From: an uncultured virus (IMG/VR IMGVR_UViG_3300044540_000246) | Lineage: Duplodnaviria; Heunggongvirae; Uroviricota; Caudoviricetes | DNA: 62,169 bases | Direction: 5' to 3' (one strand) | Virus record (IMG/VR): IMGVR_UViG_3300044540_000246 | Shown: one piece after another, positions 10,242 through 19,396 of the stretch | Position numbering within the stretch: position 1 is the first letter of the stretch | Layout of the letters: the number at the start of each line of letters is the position of its first letter | Made by a program: the position numbers and the translations under genes | Notes under the pieces: generated by a model | What the model saw: the letters and a program-made list of their open reading frames with translations, nothing else | Databases searched by the model: none | Told to the model about the DNA's origin: nothing

Positions 10242-10604
10242 CCAGTTCGCCCACCGACCCCACCGTTCGTACGCGCGAGTCAGCGACCCGTTCGCACAGC
10301 CATAATCGCGGCGCGGGAACCGCAAGGCGGGACCCGACCAGGCCGGACAGCGGCGCGGCTTGTCATAGTCGGCGCGAAACACCAGCGGGAGACCGGCGGA
10401 GACCCACGCTCGGACCGGCCACGGCCACGAGGGGCGGCCGTCCACGGTCGACTGTGACGCGGGCTTGCTACGAAGCAGAGCATCCATCCTGGTCGGCACG
10501 AAGCGCGGCCCCTTCTTTTGAACGTGGCCGCTCCAGCGTATAGGGCAGTGCCGACACCGGCTCCGCCTGGCGGAGCGCGCACCGACGGAGCCGATGTCGG
10601 CGCC

Positions 10605-11327
10605 ATGGACTGGTTCGGGCAGCTGTGGGCTTGGCTCACTGTCGCGCCTCAGGTGCCTGAATGGTGGCTTGTCGTTCCCGCTGCGGTCGTCGGCGTTGCC
10701 GGCGTTGCCGTCCCCGCAACGTGGCGCGCGACGCGTCTGCTCGAGGTCTACGTGCACGAGACGGGGCATGCGCTCGTCGGAATGGTGACCGGACGAAGGG
10801 TTGACGCGATCTACCTCGACAGCAACGGCGGAGGCATGACCACGACAGCCGGCCGCGAGCACGGCCTGGGCCGCATTCTCACCACATTCGCCGGATACCC
10901 GGCACCTGCCCTTGCTGGGCTCGGCATCTTCGTGGCCCTCTCGGCAGGGCATGCACGCTGGGCTATCGCGGGCGCCGCAGTCGCCTCAGGCCTCCTACTT
11001 CTCGCCCACCGGTCGTGGCGCGGCCTTCTTGTCACCGGCATCATCCTCGCGTCGGCGACAGCGCTCGCCGCCGCACCCGTTACCGTCGCGGCAGTTGCTC
11101 TCGCCTGTGTCGGCGGGTATTTGCTGGCCGCATCTCCTCGCGGAGTCATCGACCTTCATCGGGCTCGACGTCAAGCGCGCGCGACCGGGATGCCCGCGCA
11201 CTCCGACGCCGACACGCTGGCCGGACTCACTCTCGTACCTGCGCTGATATGGGAGCTGGTCTTCCTGGCTGTGTGCGCAGTCTGCTTCTGGTGGTCGGTT
11301 TCAATGTATCTGTCCGCGATCGCATAA
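10605..11327 (+). CDS. M50B-like intramembrane zinc metallopeptidase
   Basis: HETGH in hydrophobic context, AGYPAP, SDADTLA, several TM segments; probably leaderless (CCGATG-N8-ATG). Confidence 0.85.
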   Translation: MDWFGQLWAWLTVAPQVPEWWLVVPAAVVGVAGVAVPATWRATRLLEVYVHETGHALVGMVTGRRVDAIYLDSNGGGMTTTAGREHGLGRILTTFAGYPAPALAGLGIFVALSAGHARWAIAGAAVASGLLLLAHRSWRGLLVTGIILASATALAAAPVTVAAVALACVGGYLLAASPRGVIDLHRARRQARATGMPAHSDADTLAGLTLVPALIWELVFLAVCAVCFWWSVSMYLSAIA

Positions 11328-11479
11328 CCCCAGCCGTGTAACCCCAGCCGCCGGAGTACCTGGCTCGCACACAGTCGCTGCCGCTTCCGCGCACGAGCAC
11401 TCCGACCGGTCCCCGGCGCTGTCAGCCGATATCCGTCAGCGTCCCGAGACCGTGGCCGTCCGCCCCGAAGGAGCACTAG

Positions 11480-11827
11480 TTGCCGATCAAGCCCGCGAAC
11501 CCCGACAAGCTCACACCCAGCCAGGAGCTCGTCCTCGAGCTTCTCGTCGTGCGCAGGCGGACCGGGGAGACCCTCTGGACTTTCGGCTCGCGCCACACGA
11601 AGACCCTCGCCGAGCTTGAGGCCGCCGGGCTCTGCTCGGTCATCCACGGCGTCGTGGAGAACACTGTTCGGGCGAGCCTGACCGACCGCGCCGTCGACGA
11701 GCTACTGACCGGCTCGACGTACACGTCCCCGCTCGAACGCGAGCTCACAATGACCCGCGGGCAGCTCGACGAGCTGCGATCGCTGCGCAGTCTCGAGGCG
11801 GATCATCGCTCCGGTCCGACTTGGTGA
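11480..11827 (+). CDS. Hypothetical protein
   Basis: TTG start after GAAGGAG; CCGATA at 11426. Confidence 0.6.
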   Translation: MPIKPANPDKLTPSQELVLELLVVRRRTGETLWTFGSRHTKTLAELEAAGLCSVIHGVVENTVRASLTDRAVDELLTGSTYTSPLERELTMTRGQLDELRSLRSLEADHRSGPTW

Positions 11828-11917
11828 ACGCCCGCCTGCGGGTATCGACGCGCCGTCCGACCACCCCGTACCGCGTTAGGGCCCCACAGTCAGCAGCCAC
11901 GTGAAGGAGACCTCCCG

Positions 11918-12481
11918 ATGCCCGTAACCCGTGACCCGAAAGGCGCCCGCCGCGGAGGAAAGAGCTCCGGCGGCCAGTTCACCGCGAACACGTCCGGGAA
12001 GGCCGGCATCGCCGCCCCCGCCGCAGCCCCGGCGAGGAAGCCCGCCCACGGCGGACGGCTCCTGCGTCACACCGCAGAAACCCGCGCCGAGCTGACCGCG
12101 ATGCTGCACAAGAAGTTCGACCAGGGCTACTTCCAAGGCTCCTGGGGCCGGATCGGTCGCACCCAGCACCCCGTCTTCGACGCACTCACCCCCGCCAGCC
12201 TCTGTGGCCGCTACACCACCGGCACGACCAGCGCCGAACCGCACGTGCGGGAGAAGTTCTGCCGCGAGTGCCGCAGCCTGTTCCGCGACGCCGTCACCAG
12301 CTGGCTCAAAGGCAAGGAAGGGCAGTTCCTTTCCGACCTCGAAGACGGCGACCCGGAAGCCGCCCGCAACAGCCTCGACTCCATCCAGCGATTCCGCAGC
12401 CTTCTCGCCGCCAGCCCGAAGACATGGGACCTGTCGCTCCGAGGCGTCGACACTGACGAGCTCCCGCCTCGCCGGCGCTAA
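11918..12481 (+). CDS. Leader-A-tagged hypothetical protein
   Basis: MPVTRDPKGARRGGKSSGGQFTANTSGKAGI followed by a domain with SLCG...FCREC; GAAGGAG RBS. Confidence 0.8.
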   Translation: MPVTRDPKGARRGGKSSGGQFTANTSGKAGIAAPAAAPARKPAHGGRLLRHTAETRAELTAMLHKKFDQGYFQGSWGRIGRTQHPVFDALTPASLCGRYTTGTTSAEPHVREKFCRECRSLFRDAVTSWLKGKEGQFLSDLEDGDPEAARNSLDSIQRFRSLLAASPKTWDLSLRGVDTDELPPRRR

Positions 12482-12533
12482 CTCGACCGGAGGTAAGACC
12501 TCCGCCACCCCTAAGAAAGCCGATGGCATCACT

Positions 12534-12797
12534 GTGACTTACCGGCCCACGCTGCCCGACGCTCGACGCATCCTGGCCATGGTTCACGCGCGGGGCAGTG
12601 TCAGTGTCCGGATACCCCACTCGCTCGCGGACGCCATCCGCGGAGCAGTGCAGCACAACATCGTCGATGACGAAACGCTCCGTCAAGCACTCCTCGCTCT
12701 CGCCTGCCCGGACGGCTGCCCGGGTACTGCCAACCACGACGCCTGGCACCGCCTCTGCGAAACCAAGGCGAACGCAGCTCTCGGCCTGCTCACCTGA
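12534..12797 (+). CDS. Small hypothetical protein
   Basis: GTG 12534 lies 8 nt after CCGATG (12520); MTYRPTLPDARR...CPDGCPG...; it is the C-terminal part of track ORF 12204. Confidence 0.55.
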   Translation: MTYRPTLPDARRILAMVHARGSVSVRIPHSLADAIRGAVQHNIVDDETLRQALLALACPDGCPGTANHDAWHRLCETKANAALGLLT

Positions 12798-12823
12798 ACC
12801 GCGGACCGAAAGGCCGACAAACC

Positions 12824-12895
12824 ATGAACTCACACTTACAGGACCCGAAGACCGGAAAGATGGCCGGCTCGACCGCCGGCCGCGACAACGTCCCC
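12824..12895 (+). repeat. Leader B coding repeat, copy 1 (others 13141-13212, about 18820-18894 and about 19397-19470)
   Basis: LQDPKTGKMAGSTAGRDNVP is identical in copies 1 and 2; the others read IQDPKTGRLAGSIGCGRD and LQDPTTGKMAGSAAG. Confidence 0.92.
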
Positions 12896-13120
12896 GTTGC
12901 ACCCACGCCCGCGCCGGCGCCGTTTCCCTCCGGCACTCGAGTCCGGCACGCCGACACACCAGCACCTTCCGGGTGCCGGTGGTGCGGTCACGAGCAGCGC
13001 GGCCACGGCCACTCGTTCGTACGCAGCGTCGGCGGCCACCGATGGGAGCCACCGACCATGGCGCAGCGCCTTGCCCGCATGCGCGCACGGCGCGCAGCCC
13101 GACTATCCGCGCAGCGCTGA
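12824..13120 (+). CDS. Leader-B-tagged small Cys/His protein
   Basis: MNSHLQDPKTGKMAGSTAGRDNVP followed by PSGCRWCG...H...H.WEPP; GAAAGG RBS. Confidence 0.75.
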   Translation: MNSHLQDPKTGKMAGSTAGRDNVPVAPTPAPAPFPSGTRVRHADTPAPSGCRWCGHEQRGHGHSFVRSVGGHRWEPPTMAQRLARMRARRAARLSAQR

Positions 13121-13140
13121 CGTCGCGTTAGAGCCCTGCC

Positions 13141-13914
13141 ATGACCTCCTACCTGCAGGACCCGAAGACCGGGAAGATGGCCGGTTCGACCGCAGGCCGC
13201 GACAACGTCCCGGCTACGCCCGGCCAGGCTCCCGCCACGTTCGCCAACAACGCGCCGGCGGCGCACATCCCCGAGCTCGCGGACCTGTACGACGCATTCG
13301 TCGCCGAGCACAACCGGCCGCCAGTCATCGGACTTGACCTGGACGGCACCACCGCCGACATGGTCGCCAACCTTCGCGGTCGAGTAGCCGAAGCTCGCGG
13401 CATTGCCGCCGACCGGGCCACGTTGCCCGACCCGGACGACTACTTGATGTGGCAGGGCAGCGCCCCCTGGTTCGCCTCCAAGGAAGACTTCCTCGGCCAT
13501 TTCCAAGCAGCCGAACGGGATGGCATGTACCGAGAGCTCGGAACCTACGAGGGCGCAGTCGAGGTCCTCCGCACCCTCGCTGAGCATGGATTCGTTATCC
13601 ACGCGGTCACCGCTCGCAGCGCCACCTACAACAACGACACGCAGGCATGGCTCGACGCCCAGGGCATCCCGGCAATCCAAATCCGTAACCCCGGATTCGA
13701 CAAGCACACACTCGGCGACGTCGACGTGTTCATTGACGACGCTCCTCACGTCATTGACGGGCTCGCAAACGCCGGCCGGTCGGTCGTCGTGTTCGAGCAG
13801 CCCTACAACGCCGACAACCTGCCGGCAGCAGACCATGTCAAGACCATGACCCGCTGGGAGGTTCAGCAAGTCGCCAACGCGCTACGCGCCCTCCTGAACA
13901 CCGGTCACCAGTAA
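13141..13914 (+). CDS. Leader-B-tagged HAD-family 5'(3')-deoxyribonucleotidase-like protein
   Basis: Leader B, then IGLDLDGT (HAD motif I), VTAR, FIDDAP and QPYN. Confidence 0.85.
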   Translation: MTSYLQDPKTGKMAGSTAGRDNVPATPGQAPATFANNAPAAHIPELADLYDAFVAEHNRPPVIGLDLDGTTADMVANLRGRVAEARGIAADRATLPDPDDYLMWQGSAPWFASKEDFLGHFQAAERDGMYRELGTYEGAVEVLRTLAEHGFVIHAVTARSATYNNDTQAWLDAQGIPAIQIRNPGFDKHTLGDVDVFIDDAPHVIDGLANAGRSVVVFEQPYNADNLPAADHVKTMTRWEVQQVANALRALLNTGHQ

Positions 13915-13936
13915 GCGCCCAAGAAAGGGAAACCCC

Positions 13937-14419
13937 ATGGCCACGACACGTGACCCGAAAGGCGCCCGCCGTGGCGGAAAGAGCTCCGGCGGCCAGTTCA
14001 CCGCGAACACGTCCGGCAAGACCGGCGTCGCCGCGCCAGGCGCAGCACCTACCGACTTCCTCGGAACCGTCCGCGAGGGGCTCGCAGCCGCGCACAAGCA
14101 GGTCGAAGTGCATGAGGCCCAGCTGTACCGCCACGGCCATGCCGGCGTGACCGCCCTGGCCCGGCAGATGTTCCCGACCGCCGCGACTATCGAACTCGTC
14201 GACGCAAGCGATTCCGGAGGCTCACCGTACTTCCTCGCTCACCGCATCCTAGACGCGGCCGGCGACGAGCTTTGGAGCGTCGAAGCCAGCTACGGCAGGA
14301 GCGACGCCATCCAGGATCTGCTCGGCGAGTTCACCCCCTACTTCGACCGTCACATCCCCGAAAGCGAACGCCGCCACACGTATCTCGGCAACGACGTCTG
14401 GGAAGTCACTCTCGGCTGA
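13937..14419 (+). CDS. Leader-A-tagged hypothetical protein
   Basis: MATTRDPKGARRGGKSSGGQFTANTSGKTGV; GAAAGGG RBS; starts 22 nt after the previous gene. Confidence 0.8.
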   Translation: MATTRDPKGARRGGKSSGGQFTANTSGKTGVAAPGAAPTDFLGTVREGLAAAHKQVEVHEAQLYRHGHAGVTALARQMFPTAATIELVDASDSGGSPYFLAHRILDAAGDELWSVEASYGRSDAIQDLLGEFTPYFDRHIPESERRHTYLGNDVWEVTLG

Positions 14420-14461
14420 AAGCCGGCCATGCGGAAAGCGAACTCTGCGACCCCTTGCGCG

Positions 14462-15010
14462 TCAGCCGCTCAACGTGGCGAGCACCTGCCACTCGACGCC
14501 GATCCCGCTGTTGCCCTGGATCGCAGCACGGACCGTAGGGTTCGGGTCCTGCGCGAGAAGCGCAGCAATCGGGTCGGGCAACCCGGCCGCCTCCGCCAGC
14601 GCCTTACGGACCGGCATGTGCCGGGAACGCGCCAGGTCGAGGAGAACCTGCGGTGCGGCAGCGAACCGCGCCGCCGCCCACACACCCACCATGGCTTTGG
14701 GTCCAAGGTCCAACGGCGCCTGCCCGGACAAGACCAGCGGGTGCTCCAGCGCGCCCAGTAGGGCCGCCAAGTTCCGGAGGAGGTTTGACGGCGTCTCCGC
14801 GTGAACCAACATGATGTGAGGGACGACCACTGCTCCCGCCGGCGCGGAGCACAGGCTTGCCGGCAGGTGCGGAACCCGCGCGGTCGCCGCTGACCGGTAC
14901 GATCGCTCGCAGTCACGGTCCCACCAGTCGAGCTCGACACCGTATCGGTCGGTCCGCGGCGTGACGACGTCGGGGATCGGGTCGAGCATCAGCCGTGAGT
15001 ACGTTGTCAT
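14462..15010 (-). CDS. Hypothetical protein with LRV/HEAT-like C-terminal repeats
   Basis: LARSRHMPVRKALA...LAQDPNPTVRAAIQGN pattern. Confidence 0.55.
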   Translation of the reverse strand: MTTYSRLMLDPIPDVVTPRTDRYGVELDWWDRDCERSYRSAATARVPHLPASLCSAPAGAVVVPHIMLVHAETPSNLLRNLAALLGALEHPLVLSGQAPLDLGPKAMVGVWAAARFAAAPQVLLDLARSRHMPVRKALAEAAGLPDPIAALLAQDPNPTVRAAIQGNSGIGVEWQVLATLSG

Positions 15011-15049
15011 GCTTCGATGATACTGGCGCGGACCGTCATCGCCTCCCCG

Positions 15050-15071
15050 TGTCGTACAGGGGGCCTATACT
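15050..15071 (+). promoter_or_regulatory. TGTCGTACAGGGGGCCTATACT promoter box (CGTACAG-N6-TATACT)
   Basis: An identical 22-mer occurs on the - strand at 53913-53934, with variants at 56392-56413(-) and 43790-43811(-). The TATACT -10 lies 6 nt before ATG 15078. Confidence 0.75.
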
Positions 15072-15077
15072 CAGATC

Positions 15078-15857
15078 ATGGACGCACGGATCGCAGCACA
15101 GCTCGCAGCCCTCCCTCTCAAGGAGATGGACTCTGCCCTGCTCACCGTCACCTTGCTCGCCGAGACATCCGCAGCCATCCCCGGCAGCGTCAACGTCATC
15201 CGCGACGCCGCCGCGACCGCCGCCTGGGTTCACCGCAAGCACACCCGCGCGAACCGCGCTGGCCTGCCTCGCACCCCCTACATCGAGCACCCGCTCCGTC
15301 TCGCGGTCCGCCTACTCCGCTGGGGTGTCCGCGATACCGACGTTATCGTCGCCGCGCTCTTCCACGACACCGTTGAAGACAACCCATATGACCTCGCCCG
15401 ACTCGCCGACGCGCCCGAAGGGCTTACGGAGGCAGACGCCCGGACTTACGCGCTGCGCTATCTCGAGGAACAGTACGGCCCGATCGTCGCTCGTACCGTC
15501 GCGGCTGTCACCAACCCGCTACCCAGCGGGAACCGCCGCGACCGGGCGACTCGCAACGGTGAGTACTTCACCCATGTCGCGCACGCCATCGCCGACCCGC
15601 GCGCCTACCTGGTCAAGGTCGACGACGTGTTCGACAACGCTCTGAGCCTGCACCACACCGCCGAAGGCCTCGGCCCGGTCGGCACCGCACGCCGGGCGCA
15701 GAAGTACCTCCCGCTGCTCGACCTGCTCGCCGCCCGCATCGGAGACGATGACATCGACGGCCTACTCCCCCTCGCCGGTCAGGTTCAGATCTCTGCCGGC
15801 TTGGCCGCCGGAAGGGTCCGCCTCGTCGAGCTCGCCGGCGGGGCGCCGACCGCCTGA
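15078..15857 (+). CDS. HD-domain hydrolase, RelA/SpoT hydrolase (Mesh1/small alarmone hydrolase)-like
   Basis: H...R...PYIEHP, AALFHDTVED, VT, VKVDDVFDN. Confidence 0.82.
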   Translation: MDARIAAQLAALPLKEMDSALLTVTLLAETSAAIPGSVNVIRDAAATAAWVHRKHTRANRAGLPRTPYIEHPLRLAVRLLRWGVRDTDVIVAALFHDTVEDNPYDLARLADAPEGLTEADARTYALRYLEEQYGPIVARTVAAVTNPLPSGNRRDRATRNGEYFTHVAHAIADPRAYLVKVDDVFDNALSLHHTAEGLGPVGTARRAQKYLPLLDLLAARIGDDDIDGLLPLAGQVQISAGLAAGRVRLVELAGGAPTA

Positions 15858-15910
15858 CCGGCGCCCCGATACCTCGACCGACCCGGAATGCGCGACCAGA
15901 CAGGACCCTC

Positions 15911-16456
15911 GTGACCGACCAGCCCCGCCCGATCCTCCGGACCGGCCAGGACGCTCGCCATCCGTGGCCGAACGGCTGCTACATCCAGGGCGGCTCGTCG
16001 GGCCTCGTCCTGGCCAGGGACGGCAACCACTACACGACTGCGTTCGTCGAGGCGTTCCCCCGCAATCCGGACACGTTCATCCGCGGCGAAGGCGCCACCG
16101 TCGCCGACGCGGAGGACGCCGCCTGGGCCAAGTACCAGTCCTACCTCGCCTGCCCCGGCCACGAGTACGAAGCGCGCGGGTACACCAACGGCGCCGGGTT
16201 CTGCCGCCACTGCTCGATGTTCGCCTCGGATGTCTTCACCGCCGAACAGCTCGGCCAGTACTGCGCCGTCTGCCAGACCCCGACGAAGCGGCAGTCCGCT
16301 GGCGGCGCCTGGTACTGCCAGACCCACGAGCTCCCCCGGCCCGAGGTCCGCGCGGCGGACGCCGCCGCAGGTATCACACCCGGCCCGCTCCAAGCGCTCT
16401 TCGACGCGCTCCTGGCCGACAACGACCCCGACAGCTCGACTGTGCAGCCAACATGA
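15911..16456 (+). CDS. Cys-rich hypothetical protein
   Basis: GTG start with AGGA RBS; CPGH, CRHC, CAVC and CQTH motifs. Confidence 0.7.
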   Translation: MTDQPRPILRTGQDARHPWPNGCYIQGGSSGLVLARDGNHYTTAFVEAFPRNPDTFIRGEGATVADAEDAAWAKYQSYLACPGHEYEARGYTNGAGFCRHCSMFASDVFTAEQLGQYCAVCQTPTKRQSAGGAWYCQTHELPRPEVRAADAAAGITPGPLQALFDALLADNDPDSSTVQPT

Positions 16457-16890
16457 CCAGTCCGCTGACGTTCGAACAGCTCGAGTCCCTCCCGGCGTAC
16501 GTGCCGGTTCTCGCCGACGTGCGCAACGGCACCCAGATCGTTGCTCAGAAATCTCCGAACGGGATCTGGTGGTCCACCTGGAAGAACCCCGTCGACCTTC
16601 CCGGCCTGTGGAGCATGGTGACCCTCAACGGGGGCACGTTCGTCGCCTTGCCCGTCCTCTCGGTCGTGGAGACCGCTGAACGGCTCGCCAAGCTTCCTCT
16701 CGGCACGATCGTGGTCAACCGGCACGGCGACGTCGGCATCATTACCGCTTCCGACACGTCAACCTGGGGCCCCACCTGCGTCACCTACACCGCCGATGTC
16801 GAAGACCAGCGCCGTGCCATCCACGACATCGTCGCCGCCCTCGACGGCCCCTGGGTCACCGTGCCCCGCCCGCCGGCCGGCACCGCCTGA
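16453..16890 (+). CDS. Hypothetical protein
   Basis: ATGA overlap with the upstream stop; starts MTSPLTFEQ. Confidence 0.65.
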   Translation: MTSPLTFEQLESLPAYVPVLADVRNGTQIVAQKSPNGIWWSTWKNPVDLPGLWSMVTLNGGTFVALPVLSVVETAERLAKLPLGTIVVNRHGDVGIITASDTSTWGPTCVTYTADVEDQRRAIHDIVAALDGPWVTVPRPPAGTA

Positions 16891-16892
16891 CG

Positions 16893-17777
16893 TCAGAGGT
16901 TCAGCAGCGGCAGCTCTGCCGAACGGCCCAAAGGGCTCGACAGTGCGCGCATCGTCGCGACGAGCTGTACCCTCTCCGCGAACGAACCCTCGTCGCTTTC
17001 CAGCATTGCCATCTCGCCAGGCTCCGGGTATGCGCACAGTGCAGCGAACGCCGCCTCAGCCTGGAAGCGGTCATCCCAGCAGGTGCGGGACCCGACCGCA
17101 GCGGCAGCGAAGATGACACCCAAATTCAGGGAAACCGCTCGCGCGTGCTGGTCCAGCCACTTCGGCCCGCGGCCCAGCCGCATCCGCATCCATCCGACGG
17201 CGGTGTCCTCCCAGTCGACGGCATCGAGCGCAGCACGCATCGCAGCACGCCCCAACAGCCAGCCCGTCAACGTTTCCGCGACGGCAGCAGGGTCGGGCTC
17301 CGTGTGCTGGATCCGCTTCGACCGCTGACACACGGAGACGATGTCGTCGCTGTACCGGCCTCCGTCGCCGGCAAACAGCAGACGGCTACCCATCGTGCCG
17401 ATCCAGCCGCTCGGGAACGCGACATCCGCAGCCCGTCGCAGTAGCTGGAAGCGCAACTGCTCCCCGTACGCGACCTGGCGCGGCGTACCCCGCAACGGTG
17501 CCGGAACGGGCAGGTCAAGCCTCGTCATGATGTACTCCACCTGCTTACGTGTCTCTTCGACGTTCGCACCAGCGGCGCAGGTTCGGCAGTCCTGCAGCTC
17601 GGTCTGCTTGCGCACAACCGCGAGCCATTCGACGAGCTCGCCCTCCAGCTCATCGGTGCGCACCCGGCCGACCAGCCGGTACGGGATCGTGACGCGATCC
17701 TGATAGGTGTGCCCGCACGACCCGGTGAACACCACCCCGGTCGTCTTGGGGAACTTCCGAACCCAGTTCCGTGGCAT
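16893..17777 (-). CDS. Hypothetical protein
   Basis: TGATG coupling to the upstream nuclease; SCGH...CRTC and LRGTPRQVAYGEQLR motifs. Confidence 0.65.
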   Translation of the reverse strand: MPRNWVRKFPKTTGVVFTGSCGHTYQDRVTIPYRLVGRVRTDELEGELVEWLAVVRKQTELQDCRTCAAGANVEETRKQVEYIMTRLDLPVPAPLRGTPRQVAYGEQLRFQLLRRAADVAFPSGWIGTMGSRLLFAGDGGRYSDDIVSVCQRSKRIQHTEPDPAAVAETLTGWLLGRAAMRAALDAVDWEDTAVGWMRMRLGRGPKWLDQHARAVSLNLGVIFAAAAVGSRTCWDDRFQAEAAFAALCAYPEPGEMAMLESDEGSFAERVQLVATMRALSSPLGRSAELPLLNL

Positions 17778-18628
17778 CAGGCCGCCGCTTCCGCCGAGGG
17801 CCGCGCCCATGCGGCGCCGAGCAGCAGCGGCGACCGCGACACCATGTTCTCCGCGTGGAAGTCCCACACCTCGCGCAGCAGCGAGAACGTCGCCCACGCC
17901 CGGTCCTCGCTGGCGACCGGGCGGACCACGTAGCCGTCCGCGGTCAGGTGCACGGCGATCGCGCCGTCGATGTGCGGCATGGGCTCCACCCCGTCACCGT
18001 CGACGGTCACGACCTCGTCGGCGCGGGACAGGGCGACGAGCTGCAGCCCGGCTTCCGTGTGTAGGCTGCGGCCTGTCTTGTAGTCCAGGATGTAGACCTT
18101 CCCGCCGATCCGGACGATCGCGTCCGCGGTCCCGGCGTAGTCGAGGATCTTCCCGGCCGCGGTGCGGACCCGGCCGAAGCAGGTTGCCTCCTGCCGCAGG
18201 AACGTCACTCCATGGTCGGCGACGAACGCACGCCACGACGCAATGTACGGCGCCGCGGTGTCGTCGAGCTCCACCTCCCCGCCGTCCGCGATTGTCTCGG
18301 CGGCGTTGTGGACCGTGTCGCCGAGCTCGCCCGCCGCGGCGGCTTTGCGCTCCGCCGCGCCTGCGAGGTACTCCTTCGCCGCCGCCGGCTTCGCGGCAAT
18401 GAGGCCCGGATGCTTCTCCTCGACCTCGACCGCCGCCGCAGCGGCTTCCCGCGCGTACCAGCCGTTCAGATGGGGCTTGTCCAGGACGTCGATGACGTTG
18501 GTCACCGACGGCATCAGCAATCCCGCGGACAGAGCCTCGCGGGCAGCGGGGAGCGCGAACGGATCGACGTGGGGGCGGCGGTACAGGCGGCCGAACTCGG
18601 TCGCGACAGCAAGGGTCGGGGTCGTCAT
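17777..18628 (-). CDS. PD-(D/E)XK exonuclease (phage RecB/Cas4-like)
   Basis: PSVTNVI, GDTVH, E...YAGTAD...ILDYKTG...LQL. Confidence 0.85.
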   Translation of the reverse strand: MTTPTLAVATEFGRLYRRPHVDPFALPAAREALSAGLLMPSVTNVIDVLDKPHLNGWYAREAAAAAVEVEEKHPGLIAAKPAAAKEYLAGAAERKAAAAGELGDTVHNAAETIADGGEVELDDTAAPYIASWRAFVADHGVTFLRQEATCFGRVRTAAGKILDYAGTADAIVRIGGKVYILDYKTGRSLHTEAGLQLVALSRADEVVTVDGDGVEPMPHIDGAIAVHLTADGYVVRPVASEDRAWATFSLLREVWDFHAENMVSRSPLLLGAAWARPSAEAAA

Positions 18629-18719
18629 CTTCTCGGGCCTGCTCTCATCGTCGCGTCGTAGTTCCTGCCTCCGATCTACCAGACGTGTCCGACAGGCTCA
18701 GGGCGTCACCAACATCGGC

Positions 18720-18758
18720 GCCGGGCGAGATTCGCAACGATTGGAAATCTCGCCCGGC
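18720..18758. repeat. 13-bp perfect inverted repeat in a divergent intergenic region
   Basis: GCCGGGCGAGATT-N13-AATCTCGCCCGGC. Confidence 0.7.
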
Positions 18759-18819
18759 CTACTCCCGACAGATACCCGCCCCGATACCGCGTTAGGACCC
18801 CAGCACGAAAGGACGCGAC

Positions 18820-19215
18820 ATGGCTGACCACATCCAAGACCCGAAGACCGGCCGGCTCGCCGGCAGCATCGGCTGCGGCCGCGACACCGCGCCGGCCTCC
18901 CCGCGGACCGAGCTCGCCGCCCTGCACGCAGCCCGCGACCGAGCGTTCACGGAACAGACTGACGCGAACTGGGAAGCAACCCGCGACCAGCTCGTCGCCC
19001 GTTACGGCCTCGGTAACCACGACATCGCCCGCGTCTCCAGCCACCGGCAGGCCCACCCCGGAGTGTGGACCGGGACCGTGACCGTCCGCGGCCGACGGCT
19101 GCGCGCCCGCACCATTCTTGGAACGACGGAACGCGCCCTCTACCGGCACCCACTCGTCGGCCGTCCGCTCACCCGCGAGCAGCTCGCCGACCTCGTCGGA
19201 CCGACCTCGACATAA
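18820..19215 (+). CDS. Leader-B-tagged hypothetical protein
   Basis: MADHIQDPKTGRLAGSIGCGRD; GAAAGGA RBS; CGTTAGG at 18790. Confidence 0.75.
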   Translation: MADHIQDPKTGRLAGSIGCGRDTAPASPRTELAALHAARDRAFTEQTDANWEATRDQLVARYGLGNHDIARVSSHRQAHPGVWTGTVTVRGRRLRARTILGTTERALYRHPLVGRPLTREQLADLVGPTST

Positions 19216-19396
19216 GCGCCATAGCCCCCGAGGGTCTTCCCGGCTGGCTGATCACCGGCGCGCCGCGGTGACAACGGCTCCGGCAAGCCCGGCGACCAGC
19301 TGACCGCCCTCGCCGAGCTCGCCAAGCTGCGGACCCGTTAGAGCTCCCCTGACCGCCGCGCCCCAGCTGCGCGGCGCTGAGCGACGGGAAGGCGAC

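Noticed and set aside
17777..18628. Cas4 as evidence of CRISPR-Cas
   Set aside because: It lacks the Fe-S Cys cluster, and no array or other cas genes are present. It fits a phage-type recombination exonuclease.
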